Numbered from the stretch's first letter, positions 14,229-27,240 are shown. The stretch: 64,000 bases of DNA from Chara braunii (GCA_003427395.1 BFEA01000023.1:4879699-4943698); one strand, 5' to 3'. Program-made: numbers and translations. Notes: a model not told the origin generated them from the sequence alone.

Positions 14229-15016
14229 CTAATGTTGAACAAGGAACAGCATAGGTTGGACAAATCGAAACAACACGGGTGGCAATACAAGAGTCTGCAC
14301 ATGTCCGCCCAGCCATACTTCGAGAAAAGGCAGAGTATCTTTTCGAAGCAACCAAATTTTCCACCCACGTTACTTGAGCAAAGGTAAACATGTCTACATG
14401 TCACAGCCTAGTGAAATAACAGGACTGCTCTGCTCTTGTCCAAAGCTGCGCCCACCTGGCCAGTGCCACCACACAATCACCGCCTTCTCAGCATCTCGAG
14501 ACGACAGCCCTTAACCTCATTTCCATCTAGATTCCACTTCCTGATCTGGCCTGTCCTCCACCACCTTTTCACAACTAATCTGTCTAATAACAGTTCCATG
14601 CGAATACCATCGGCTACACGGGTCAAGTGTAACACTCAAACCCCAGCTTGCCTTCAACCAGCAGCAGAGAATGACCCCCCTGGCCAAGTCATAAGCTCAC
14701 AGCCCATCCCATCCAAAAGTTGTGCATTGCAATTGCAAACTTTTTTTTTTTTTTTTTTCAGCGATTGTCAATTTTTTTTTTTTAGAGTTCTTAGCACTCA
14801 CATGTATGGGCACACTTTTTTTCACTCACTCATCGTGGCAAACCACACACATCTCACAGGGAAGAATTTAGAAGTAGTACACAGAAGCATACATTTGAAA
14901 AAGGAATGCACCATTCATTTTGGCATAAGAACGGACGTGTATCGGACCAGGCGTAACACACTGCCGCGTATCTATGAACCAAAAGGGCGCACTTTGCAAA
15001 ACATACGATAAAATAC

Positions 15017-15287
15017 GGGATAATTTGGGAAAGAGTAAATACAGTTCAAATACCCCAGAGAGTTGAGATATGTTCCAAAAATGCCCCTGAAAGATGTGGG
15101 TAGAGCAGAATGCCGTTGCGGGCCGAAATCTGTGTTATGCCCATATCAAGCCGGCGCGGACCTCGCCGTTTGGGCCTTGGCCTTTTGCAGTCGGGCCTCA
15201 GAGAAGTTGGCGAGTACCAGCGCACTTTGAAAAGTTGGACGATACCTGGTATATCTCAACTTATGGGGGTATCTTGCAAATTATCCC
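15017..15287. mobile_element. Mutator-like MITE
   Basis: Termini GGGATAATTTG / CAAATTATCCC with extended inverted arms (ataccc..agttgagatat / atatctcaact..gggtat). No clean TSD. Confidence 0.55.
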
Positions 15288-16011
15288 TATTAAACCAAAA
15301 AAAAAAAAAAAAAGACACGAGGAGAAAAATGAAATCATTCATTTTTCTCATTCCTCTTCCAACTCCCCCTCCACCGTGCCTCTCACGTACAAGGCTCGCC
15401 ACGTTGATGAAGTTGAGCGCGAGCTGCCCGCATCCCCGTGTGCCCTAATGGCCCACTTGTGTACTGTGAAAAAATGCAGAGCAAAGGGCGAGGGGATAAA
15501 CACACACAAGAGAGCTGGAGAGAAGACAAAGCATAAAAGGGCAAAGGGAAAGTAAGGAGTGTGGAATGAAGATGCAGGCAAAGGAGAGGATAAGCAAAGG
15601 CTCAAACCAAGAGCTTAAACATAGACAGGGAGTTAACAGAAACTCCACACAGCGCAATGGCTTTCCTCACGACGGCATACCAGCATTTAACCAGTGCGAC
15701 AAAAGCACAATTTGCACAAGATACCATCACTGAGCAACAAGAAATGATAGCTGCATGATTGCCTGCTCTGCTCTGATTGACAAGTATGTTTCCCATTCTG
15801 GCTGGGCGATGGAGCAAGGAGGGAACACCTTGGTGGTTTCTCAGAACTTCCACAAAGACGGCGACGCCACGAGAAACAAAAAGGATCCTGAAAATTTCAC
15901 ACAGATACAGAGACACAAACAATGAACTTTCCTTGACATCATGCCTTATTGCTTTCACACACATTTGTCCACCAGCCCCCACCCGCTTCTTTTTATTTCC
16001 GAGCAGATGCA

Positions 16012-16042
16012 TTAGTGTGTGCCTCTGTCTATGTGTGTGTGT

Positions 16043-16104
<62 letters not shown>

Positions 16105-16303
16105 ATGTGCATTTATGCAAGCGGTGCATGCAGTGCGTGTGTGTGTGTGTGTGTGTATGTCTGTGAACTGTGTACGAATGCGTCTGCATGTATCCTGTGT
16201 GTGCTCCTGCGCTTGAAAGTGTATGTCTCTCCTCGATCATGTGTGCTCACGTGTGCACTCATGTGTGTAGTGCGTGTTCATGCGTGCATCTGTGCATGTG
16301 CTC

Positions 16304-16393
<90 letters not shown>

Positions 16394-16870
16394 NNNNNNN
16401 NNNNNNNNNNNNNNNNNNNNNNNNNNNNNNNNNNNNNNNNNNNNNNNNNNNNNNNNNNNNNNNNNNNNNNNNNNNNNNNNNNNNNNNNNNNNNNNNNNNN
16501 NNNNNNNNNNNNNNNNNNNNNNNNNNNNNNNNNNNNNNNNNNNNNNNNNNNNNNNNNNNNNNNNNNNNNNNNNNNNNNNNNNNNNNNNNNNNNNNNNNNN
16601 NNNNNNNNNNNNNNNNNNNNNNNNNNNNNNNNNNNNNNNNNNNNNNNNNNNNNNNNNNNNNNNNNNNNNNNNNNNNNNNNNNNNNNNNNNNNNNNNNNNN
16701 NNNNNNNNNNNNNNNNNNNNNNNNNNNNNNNNNNNNNNNNNNNNNNNNNNNNNNNNNNNNNNNNNNNNNNNNNNNNNNNNNNNNNNNNNNNNNNNNNNNN
16801 NNNNNNNNNNNNNNNNNNNNNNNNNNNNNNNTGTGTGTGTGTGTGTGTGTGTGTGTCTGTGCATGTGTTC

Positions 16871-16915
<45 letters not shown>

Positions 16916-17050
16916 ACGCTTATGCTTGTGTGTGTGTGTGTGCGTTCTATGCGTATGCTTTTGTGCGAGTCTGTGAACGTGCATGTGTGCCTCATGTATG
17001 TGTCCATGCATATGCTTGTGTGTGTGTGCATGTGTGGGTATGCATGTGCT
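16012..17050. repeat. (GT)n microsatellite field with N gap
   Basis: Directly visible; source of the CV/HT-repeat ORFs. Confidence 0.95.
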
Positions 17051-17936
17051 GGATGTGGGAGTGCAAATTTGCGCATTTATTATTTTCATTTCACTATTAA
17101 GTTAATTCCTTCCTTGTCAGTGGGAGCCACAAGAGAGGAGCATCCTCGCCTTTTTGTCATACGCTTTGGCATGATGATAAACGCCAAAATCTGCCAGCAG
17201 GGCCCTGCAAGCACCCAGACAGTTTCCTTGCTGCCAGCTGCAGTCCAAGGTGGTAATGGGAGCATGCTGTCGCCGAGCAGCCCCGTGTCACAATGCACCC
17301 CTGTTGCAACAGCAGTCGCCTCTCATGCTGTGCAAGCGCAGGGAGGTTTGAAACCCTCCTCATCCAAACTCCTTGCTACGCGTCATTTGTTTTCAGAGCA
17401 ACAACCTCAGCGAAAGCGCCCAAGTCCTCCTCACCAAATTGCTCAGCAATGAGATAGTAAACATAGTGCGCATCTCATCTCTACGCAGCCGAGGCTCGGA
17501 GTAAAATAGAAAACCTGAAACCCGATACAAGCACCACGACGACATGCTTGGCCCCCCCCAATACCCACAGACCACCCACTGCCAAAAATGGCAGTCATGT
17601 CGGTTGCTTCATGTCCCCTGACAACCCACCTCCCACCCCGACCACCACCACGCAACCAACCTCCCTTCTCCTCCGCAGCTCCATCGTAAGAAAGCATGGG
17701 ATGTGTAAACGCCTTGAAAGGGCTACATGCGTTGCTATGGTGACGGAGGTCCCCTCCTGCTATTACCAACACAGGCTCCACCAAGGCGCTTGGCGGTTCC
17801 CTGCTGCCCACCAATCCCCCGGTCACTCATTGTACAGAACAAGACGCGAAGAGAAATCAAACATACGGGATCACCATAGGTGGAGAAGTACTCGTATGGA
17901 GAACGTCTCTCACCCAGTCATGTCATCCGACGCAAC

Positions 17937-18197
17937 TTAGTCGTTGGCAAGTACTAAGAAGCCGATAGAAATATACATGAGACAGACCGGATATAGTGCG
18001 AGCGCTTTTCGAGCAGGCGGAACAGCCGTGCTCATGAAGGGATAGGTCGCCCACGAGCTCCAGGCTAGAGTCACAAGAACCACCAGACTCCTCGCCCACT
18101 TGTTCGAGAACATGAGACACAGAAGGGCGGCGATGTCCACTGGAAATAGACAATAGCCGAGTACGCTCAGACTTTGAAAGAAGATGATCTTGCCTCC
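17937..18197 (-). CDS. Yip1-family gene, terminal coding exon 3
   Basis: Acceptor CTACAG|GGA, then [19 protein letters not shown]...[24 protein letters not shown], the typical YIP4/YIPF6 C-terminus. Spliced protein is 272 aa. Confidence 0.95.
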   Translation of the reverse strand, partial: GGKIIFFQSLSVLGYCLFPVDIAALLCLMFSNKWARSLVVLVTLAWSSWATYPFMSTAVPPARKALALYPVCLMYISIGFLVLAND

Positions 18198-18643
18198 CTG
18201 TAGTGCACCACAGCAAAAAAACTCCAAAAAGAGTTAGCAGCGGGCAAAAAAAAAATCACAATATCAACGACATCTCCCCCTGAATAAGACCGTTCCAACA
18301 AGAACCGGTGACACCCAAAAAAAAAGCAGGCAGACTCGCTCACGGTTGTCGAGAAATGAAACAGAAAACAAAACACACAACGGCTTCAAAAATTCGAGGA
18401 AAAACGTTCTTTTTATGAAAAACTTCTTTGTCAAATTTTGAAGCCAAAGTTCCGAAGTTCCAAGCACACATTGGCTTCAAAATTTGAGAACGAAGTTTTT
18501 CAAAAAAACGGAAACTTTTCTGAAAACCGGAGAGGAACCTGAGTTCACAACTTGACGTCTAACAGGTTACAGCAAGCAGTAGACAGGATTTGAACTCTTG
18601 ACCTGTGCGTCTGTCATCCATAAGCAGTTCTATCTTCTTCTAA

Positions 18644-18834
18644 GGGCGCAGTGCACTTCAGGTGTGTTAGGTCCATATTGGACTTACGAAACGAAAAACG
18701 AAACGAGTGCATCTTCCCGCAGAAAATGGCCAGGTTCATCCGTTTGCAATAACTAGTAACGAGTGTATCTTGCCACCTTCCTTGGGCAGATGCACTCGTT
18801 TCGTTTTCGTTTCGTGCGCCGTGGGGCGAGGCCC
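18644..18834. mobile_element. Harbinger/Tourist-like MITE in Yip1 intron 2
   Basis: TAA/TAA TSD, GGGC...GCCC ends, internal inverted arms acgaaacgaaaaacgaaacgagtgcatct / agatgcactcgtttcgttttcgtttcgt. Confidence 0.8.
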
Positions 18835-19261
18835 TAAGCTCCAAGTGTGAACCATTCAATCCTGAGCCGACCTCTGACAGGTTACAGAAATAGACAGCAT
18901 TCGATCTCTTTACCTGTGTGTCATCCATTACCAGCAGTTCTTTTGCTGCTAACCACAATAGAACTGCTGCTAACTCAATTCCAGGTGCGAACCATTCAGC
19001 CACAAGGAAGGTGCGGCGACCACGATACCTATTCTGTGCACATTTCAGACCGTTTCAAGCCCAATTCGGTAGGAGGACATCAGGCCCGACCGCACCTTCT
19101 ACCTACATGCAAATTCAAAGGCCTCCTCCGTGTTCATAGAATGGGTCATAGAATGGGTATGGTATCTCTACCCACAGTGCATGCAGGAGTCGGTTAAATG
19201 TATAACCGAATGTTGGTTATATTTGACAACGACAAAAGTTTGGCTGTACATGGCCGGGCTA

Positions 19262-19720
19262 AATCTAAATGTAACCTTGGTTACGCATGGAAATTGGCCG
19301 AAATGTAACCTTACCTTGGTTACATATGCAAATGGACCACACGTAACCTAATCTTCATAACATATGGAAATGGGCCAAATGTAACCTAACCTTGGTTACA
19401 TATGGAAATGGGCCAAATGTAACCTAACCTTGGTTGCATAAGGAAATGAGCCAAATGCAACCTTTTTTTTTTTTTTTCCAAATGTAACCTAACCTTGGTT
19501 ACATATGGAAATTGGCCAAACGCAACCCAACTTTGGTTACATGTGGAAATGGGCCACACATAACCTAGTCCTTCATTACATATGGAAATGGGCCAAATGT
19601 AACCTACCATTGGTTACAGACCAAAATGGGCCAAATGTAACCTAACCTTAGTTACACATGGAAGTGGGCCAAATGTAACCTAAGCTTGGTTACATATGGA
19701 AATGGGCCAAATGTAACCCA
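19262..19720. repeat. 38-bp minisatellite, about 11-12 units, each internally palindromic
   Basis: Consensus AATGTAACCTAACCTTGGTTACATATGGAAATGGGCCA, containing the inverted pair ATGTAACC/GGTTACAT. Confidence 0.9.
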
Positions 19721-20228
19721 GTCTCTGCAAGGACCACAGGTTAATACACGCGTCCCACTCCATGACGGAGCGGAACACCGGTTCGGTTTTCAAGAACAGG
19801 ACGCAAGGAACCCAGGTGCTGCGAACCACGTCGGGTCCTTGTTAGCGTTTGAATGAACCTGTTCTTGAAAACTGAACCTGTGTTCTCCCCACGACGGGTT
19901 AAATCCGCCACCCCTGCTAGCATTTTCATCGACCAGGAGTAGCGGATTTAACACTTAACATTTATCACCAGGGTGGCGGCCTGGTGTGGGCCACCTACTG
20001 GGTGTGGTTTAACCGACCTACCCATCCGAAGGCGTCCCTCATTTAGCATCAGTTTGAGCATCATGGGGACCTAGATTGTGGTAACCCTACTTTAAAATTG
20101 TAGCCTGTTCGTGTTGAGGGGTATCGGGGATATTTATCACCATAGGGGACATACAAATTTCCAGACCTCTTCTGGTAGATTTGGAAGCTGTTTTTGTAAG
20201 AAAAGACTTGAAAAAAAGGATACCCTTT

Positions 20229-20336
20229 GTCCTTCGGAGCATCAATTAAAATTTGAACAATACAGAGAAGATTAGCATGGCCCCGCCCCTGCACAGGGAT
20301 GACACGCATAAACCGAGAAACGGTCCAATTTTTTTT
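20229..20336 (+). pseudogene. U6: Full-length U6 snRNA copy, probably a pseudogene
   Basis: GTCCTTCGGAGCATC...TACAGAGAAGATTAGCATGGCCCC(GCCCC)TGCACAGGGATGACACGCATAAACCGAGAAACGGTCCAATTTTTTTT. ACAGAGA box and AGC triad are intact. There is a 5-nt duplication in the ISL and no recognisable USE/TATA upstream. Confidence 0.9.
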
Positions 20337-21542
20337 AAAGGAAAAAAAAAAGAGAAAAAAAGATACCTCCTTCCATACAGGGATGACAAGCAAATGAAAT
20401 ACCGCACGTCCATGAAGCTGTTTTCTTTTTGTTCGAGCCCATAATTTTTCAACAGGGGTTCTCTAAATCTCTCTCGAAAATTGAGAGCTTGCCCGCTGAG
20501 GACCCAATTCTTTGAGAGTCCTGGCCGCCGCATCTTACTGACCGACTCGAAAACATTCAAGAGTTCGGAATCGAGAGTTGGCAGAGAGGCACCTCTCTCT
20601 CCACAAAGGCCCAATCAAGAGCGGTGGTGGCAGCGGTGGAGCAAGGGCCATACTAAACATTCCTAGCAGTCACTTTTCGGTACAAACCCCCTTCTTCCCC
20701 GGTACACAAAAGAAGGCTGCCAAATGCAAGGCGGAGAGATATCGAAGTAGCCAGCCGACTTGAACATCTCTCATAGGTTTATTAACCTACACACACGGTG
20801 GGGATCCTGGTATCTTAGGCATAGCGCGACCACACCAATCCATCCCGAACTTCGGAGGCAGCTCTACAGGAAAATCACTTGATGCCAGGATCACGTCTTC
20901 CTTCCCCCCCTCCCCCCCCTCTTCCCCCCTTCCCCCGTCCTTCATTTCAGGTTGCCACTAGCAACACTTGGGAGCTACTAACACAAATCTTTCTGGCAGC
21001 TTATCAGGAAAACAAGGGGAGTTGAAAGAGAGCCAAGGGGGGGCGGGGGGGGGGGGAAGAGAAGGCAGGGAGAAGACAGCGGAACGGGGAGAAAGGCGGA
21101 GGGAGGAAGGAGGGAGGGGCTGATGGAGTATGTTTTTGCCTAAACAAACCACATTCTTTTGTTTTGTTTTGGCCTAAACAAACCACATTCTTTGTTTCTG
21201 ATTGGAAAACGTAACGTACGTCATGTTATATGAGTTCCATGAGTTTCTTTAGAACCCACCACTCCTGCGGAAGACGAACTAAATCGTCAATTGATCATGA
21301 TTAGATAAGAGTCGAATGTAAACCAAGAAATCACATTGCTTGCGAAGCCAGGAGCAAGTTCTCACCGTGAACGCCCCTCTTTTTATATAAAAAAAAAAGA
21401 AAAGACGCCCCAGCCTCATATTTCAGGGTGATGTGAAGACCAAGGACATTGGGTAACGCTAGGGCAGGGGGTAAGGCATGAACAAAGGGAGGGGAAGGGA
21501 GGGGAGGGGAGGGGAGGGTGCCAGGAGGATTGGAGGCTTTAC

Positions 21543-21617
21543 CAATAACAGAACGTTGAGCGTCAGAATAAGCGCACCGGCTGACAAAACCGCAAAGACA
21601 ACTGCAAAGACTTGAGC
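21543..21617 (-). CDS. Yip1-family gene, coding exon 2 (75 nt; not shown as such in the ORF track)
   Basis: Minus strand reads TGTGCAG|GCT CAA GTC...TTA TTG|GTAAAG = AQVFAVVFAVLSAGALILTLNVLLL. Phase 0-0; exactly fills the missing transmembrane segment between exons 1 and 3. Confidence 0.95.
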
Positions 21618-22510
21618 CTGCACAGCAGATCAAGGGAAGGGTCATGAAGAACATAACAAATAAAATATCAAATTTAAGTAGTAACTAATAATTAACAATT
21701 ACCAAAATAGAAAATGGGGTAAACAGTGCCAGCATGTCGCAAAAAGCCCCCATCCAAATCAAAAAGCAACATGATGCTGGCGCAGGGAACTCCCACAGTA
21801 CAAGGAAAGAGGACAGAAAATGTGGAGAGCAGAAACAGGAGAGAAGAGAGGAAAAGGCAGAGGAGAGAGGAAGAAGAAAGAGGAAAGAGGAGCGAAGGGA
21901 CGAGAGAGGAGAGCAGAGGAGAGGAGAGGAGCGGAGAGGAGAGGAGAGGAGACAGGAAAAATGAAGGGACAGTACACAACGGTGAGAATTATAAGACGAG
22001 AAAAGGTGAGAAAAAGGTGGGAAGAGACAGCAGGGAAAATAGGACAAGAGAAACTAAAGGTCCATTTGGGCAGCAGGAAGAAAAACTCAAAAGAAAAAGA
22101 AGACAAGGAGAAGAAGTCTCTCTCTCTCTCTCTCTCTCTCTCCCCCTCTCTCTCTGTGTGTCTTTGTGTGTGTGTGTGTGTATGTATGCGCCAGGGAACC
22201 CGTAGCTACATCATCAACCAACGGTATGGCCTACCGCTCATCGGGGACCCCGTTGGTTAATGATGACTACATCACAATCAACACTGGTTCACATCACCTA
22301 GTCAGCTTAATGAACGACAAGGTTTCTTAATGATGATTACATCATCATCATAATGATGATTACATCATCATCAACACTGGTTCACATCAACTAGTCAGCT
22401 GATTGGATTGAATTGGCCATCATTAGCTGAAAGAGCTTACCATAAAAATGGATGAGATTGAGATGGAGCCGTCTACTACACAGAAAGAAATCAGCGTTAT
22501 GGGGAGAATC

Positions 22511-23320
22511 GCCACGTGGCACTGTTTCCATTTCCCACGTGGCTCCGTGTACGGCAGCGACCAGTTGATGGCAGCAACTATGCCGGCCGGTTCAACATGA
22601 CTGGTTCATTAGTAGCTGTCCTGCCACGTGGCTGCCATGTTACCGGTACTGCCACGTGGAAAGAGATGCTGGTTCATTAGGAGTCTGACGACGAACTCCT
22701 TTTCACCATAATGGAAAGAATCGCCACGTGGAAAGCGATGCTGCCATGTTACCGGTACTGCCACGTGGAAAGAGATGCTGCTACCACGTGGAAAGAATCA
22801 CCCTGTGGAAAGAGGCGCTGCCACGTGGAAAGAGTCGCGGCTGCCACGTCCGGTGGAAAGCGGTGTTGCCACGTGGAAACAGCTGTCCTGCCACGTGGCT
22901 GCTGCCACATCGAAAAAGTTGCTTCGTGGGAAGAAAATGGTCCTGCCACGTGGAAACAGCTGCCGCTGCCAAATCGAAAGAGTTGTTGCTACGTGGAAAG
23001 AAAACGGTGCTGTCATATCGAAAGCAGTACAGCCACGTGGTTGGCTACCACATGGAAAGCAGTGTTGCCACTTGGAAACCAGTGCTGGCTGCAACGTGGA
23101 AACAATTGCCGCTGCCACGTGCAAAGAGCTGCTACATGGAAAGTGCTGCTGCCGAGTGGAAAGCAGTGCTGCAATGTCGAAAACACTGCCACGTAATGAA
23201 AGCAGCCGTGCTGCCACGTAGAAAGCAGTGTTGCCACGTGGAAAGCAGTGCTGCCACGTGGAAAGCAGTGCTGCCACGTGGAAAGCAGTGCTGCCACGTG
23301 GAAAGCGATGCTGCCACGTA
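22511..23320. repeat. About 20-bp G-box (GCCACGTGG) minisatellite
   Basis: Unit GCTGCCACGTGGAAAGCAGT; about 17 perfect CACGTG counted by eye, plus variants. Confidence 0.9.
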
Positions 23321-23831
23321 ATTTAGCGGCACCAAAACGAGAAGTTAAGACTTCAATGACAGTGATCAATGAGGGTTCAGGGCCGTCGTTGGACGACGAT
23401 TGCCCGCCTACCGTCTTCCTTCTTCCCCAGAGCACAAGGCATGGAAAAACTATGCCTGTACCTGGCCTGAAACGTACCGTATATGCTGGCATTAACTGTC
23501 AAAATAATGCCCATGCATGAACGGGGGAAGACGGTAACTCGTCGCCTCGACTAGACAAGTCGCCTCTTCCCCTCCTTTCAAAAAACGGATCGTCGAAACA
23601 ATTACTTGTGCAAGTTCAATTAGAGACCTCCTCCATAGCAGTCTACTTCAATTAAATCCATCATCAGTTGGTGGCACGGTTTGATTGAAAAAGTCGTCCT
23701 CTTGCACTCAACAAGTCCGAAGGTACAAATTAGTTAATTAGTCAATCAGCTAATTAATTAACTGATTCATTGATTAAGTACCGCCCCCCTCATTCAACCT
23801 CGTGCAGTCTCCATTCCCTTGGGCTTTTTCT

Positions 23832-24290
23832 TCCCTAATCCTATCCATTACCCTAATCCTATCCACTACCCCAAAATCCTATTCATTACCCTAAAATCCT
23901 ATCCATCACACTAAAATCCTATCGACTACCTTAATTAATCTAAAATCCTATCGATTACCTTAATTAATCCTATCCATTACTCTGCAATCTCTTATCCCCT
24001 ACCCTCAGATCCTATCCATTACCCTAAAATCCTATCGATTACCTTAATTAATCCTATCCGTGACTCTGCAATCTCTTATCCCCCACCCTCAGATCCTATC
24101 CATTACCCTAAAATCCTATCCATCACACTAAAATCCTATCAATTACCTTAATCCTAATCAATACCCTGAAATCCTATCCATTACCTTAAAATACTACCCA
24201 CTACCCTAAACTCCTACCCATTACCCAAAATCCCTATCCATTACCCTAAAATCCCATCCCCTACCCAAAAATCACATCCACTACCCTAAT
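23832..24290. repeat. Degenerate about 20-bp satellite containing telomere-like CCCTAAA
   Basis: Unit close to ACCCTAAAATCCTATCCATT, with higher-order duplication (ctctgcaatctcttatcccc twice). Confidence 0.8.
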
Positions 24291-24775
24291 GTGGTGGTGG
24301 TTCGGCCCGGTCGTTGTCCATCTCCCTATCTCCCTATCTCCCTTTCTCCATCCGAGTAACTCATCATCACTGCCGTTTTCCGTCTTCTCGTCTTCTCCGC
24401 ACCATCTCATTCCTCCTCGACACCCTCTCTCTCTCTCTCTCTCTCTCACAGCTGCACCCTCTTCCCTCCTCGATAGTACTGGGAAGCATGATAATAACAC
24501 AGCAAATTTGACCCCGCTTCTACACCCCTTTTCGAACGAACTAGTAAAGCCCACACATGGCTCTTTCACACCATTACCAACCCTTACCCACACACTCCCA
24601 TTGTCTCCTTGCTCTTCGTGTTCGCCGCTGTTAGAGATTTTTTTCCGACCCGGTTTGAGCGGGAGCAAAAAATTGCGAGCGAGAGCGTAGCCAGACCCGC
24701 TTTTTCTCGCCTTAATCTGGCTCTGATAGTGGCCACATACATTCCAGAAAGGACAAACGCGAGTATGCCCTGGGG

Positions 24776-24814
<39 letters not shown>

Positions 24815-25249
24815 GACCGAGTAAGATGCAGAGACCTTAATGCAGACTACAAATTTAGGAGCACAAAACAGAGAGAAAAAAAAAAAAAAAAAAAAAAAGA
24901 GAGAAACATATTAGCCGATGCAGAGGATCGAGGGTCGGGATCTCTTCATTGGTGACAGTAGAAGCTCCCGGGGGGAGGGAGGGGAACTATACGCTTTTTC
25001 AATCTGCACCCATCATCTATCCATAACAGAAACACATGCATCAAATAAAATATGTTATAAAATAAATATGCTCTAAAACAAATAAATCACATTGGTCCTT
25101 CCATCATGAATACAGACGCATACGATTTATTTACACAAATCATTTACTTACGCAAACAAATGATTTCATTTTAAAAATTACTTATTTATAAAAACGATTC
25201 ATTCATGCAAATGGTTAAACACATGCAACCGGGCTTCAGCACAGTTCCC

Positions 25250-26167
25250 TCTCCTCCTCCTCATCATCATCATCATCATCACCATCACCATTATCACCAT
25301 CATCATCGTAACCATCCCCATCATCATCTTCATCACCATCGTAATCATGACCATCACCATCATCAACATCCCCACCATAGCCAGACATCATCATCGTCAT
25401 CATCATCATCATCATCATCATCCCCATCATCATCATCATCGTAAGCATTCCCATCACCATCATCATCATCACCACCATAGCCANNNNNNNNNNNNNNNNN
25501 NNNNNNNNNNNNNNNNNNNNNNNNNNNNNNNNNNNNNNNNNNNNNNNNNNNNNNNNNNNNNNNNNNNNNNNNNNNNNNNNNNNNNNNNNNNNNNNNNNNN
25601 NNNNNNNNNNNNNNNNNNNNNNNNNNNNNNNNNNNNNNNNNNNNNNNNNNNNNNNNNNNNNNNNNNNNNNNNNNNNNNNNNNNNNNNNNNNNNNNNNNNN
25701 NNNNNNNNNNNNNNNNNNNNNNNNNNNNNNNNNNNNNNNNNNNNNNNNNNNNNNNNNNNNNNNNNNNNNNNNNNNNNNNNNNNNNNNNNNNNNNNNNNNN
25801 NNNNNNNNNNNNNGCCAGACACCACCATCAGCATCATTGATCATTATCATCGTAATCATCCCCATCCCCATACCCATCATCACATCCCCACCATAGCCAG
25901 ACATCATCATCATCATCATCATCATTATCGTAATCATCCCCATCACCATCATCATCCTCACCACCATAGCCAGACATCATCACCATCAGCATCATTGATC
26001 ATTATCATCGTAATCATCCCCATCCCCATACCCATCATCATCATAGCCACCATCGCCAGACATCGCCATCATCATCATCACCACCGACCATCGACTTCAC
26101 CATCCCGACCATCGGCTTCACCATCCCTACAACATCATGGCAAGGAGATCTTTCAACATCTCATCAT

Positions 26168-26199
<32 letters not shown>

Positions 26200-26240
26200 C
26201 CACCATCGCCGTCATCACACCAAATACCATCACCACCATC
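25250..26240. repeat. (CAT)n/(CAC)n compound microsatellite spanning an N gap
   Basis: Directly visible; explains the poly-His and poly-Met ORFs. Confidence 0.95.
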
Positions 26241-27178
26241 ACCGCACGGATACAGCACGCGCGCTTCGGTGCACTGCACTTTGCGAAGAAAGACACCCCC
26301 CTTACGTGTGTCATCATCATCACGTGATGCCTTATAGCAGCATAACCCTTCTCCATCATAACTCGCACACATAAGCGCGATGCACGTGATCCTTTGCCAA
26401 TCACCACCCTTATCCATAACGATTCGTACGGATAAGATAAGGTTGTTATGGATCAGGTCGACAATAAGTACAAAGGGGGAAAAAAAAAAAAAAAAAAAAA
26501 CAGATTGCCAAGTAATCAAAGAGGCGATGATTTCTCGAGAAAGATGAAGGTTGCCCATATCGCTCATCATCTTTCCACTTTGAAAAGAAAAGAGAAAAAA
26601 AAAAAAAAAAAGTTCTGAGCATATCGCTCAACAGCTCTGCTCGATGACGTTTCAACTTGACAAACGGCGCATGGGGCGTTGTATTGTTCTCTTCCCTTTT
26701 TTTTGGGCGGGGGGGGGGGGGGGGGGGGGGGGGAGATTCTCTACCCAATTTGGCAACTACATATTTTGCTTCCAAATTGTCGCAGCGTCTTTTTTTATTT
26801 TTTTTTGGGGGGGGGGTGATGCAATGGCGTATTTGTTACACAAAAAAATTCTGAGCATATCGCTCAACAGCTCTCCTCAATCATGTGTCATCATCATCAC
26901 GTGTGTGTGTGTGCGTGTGTGTGTGTGTGTGTGTGTTTGTGTATTTGTGTGTTTGTGTATTTGTGTTCTTACAGTTTCCTCCTTTTTTTTCAACTTGCAT
27001 TTTTCCTTTTTTCTTTTTGTCACCTTGCACTTTCCTTTTTGTTTTTGACCTTTTTGCGATTCTTTTTCTTCCCATCAGCCACCTGAGAAATATTATACAT
27101 TGCTAGCGAACAGCTTTCTCGATAACTCTCTCTCTCTCTCTCTGTGTGGCCGTATGTGTACGAACGTAGTCGCATAGG

Positions 27179-27240
<62 letters not shown>

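Noticed and set aside
15949-17100. Long CV/HT, ER/LS, poly-His and poly-Phe/Lys ORFs across the window
   Set aside because: Artefacts of microsatellites, low complexity and N gaps.
19262-19720. CRISPR-like array of palindromic 38-bp repeats
   Set aside because: Units are contiguous with no unique spacers, there are no cas genes, and the context is a eukaryotic intron.
22711-23492. Cys/His-rich ORFs (CCHVE and ATWK repeats)
   Set aside because: They are translations of the 20-bp G-box minisatellite in several frames on both strands.
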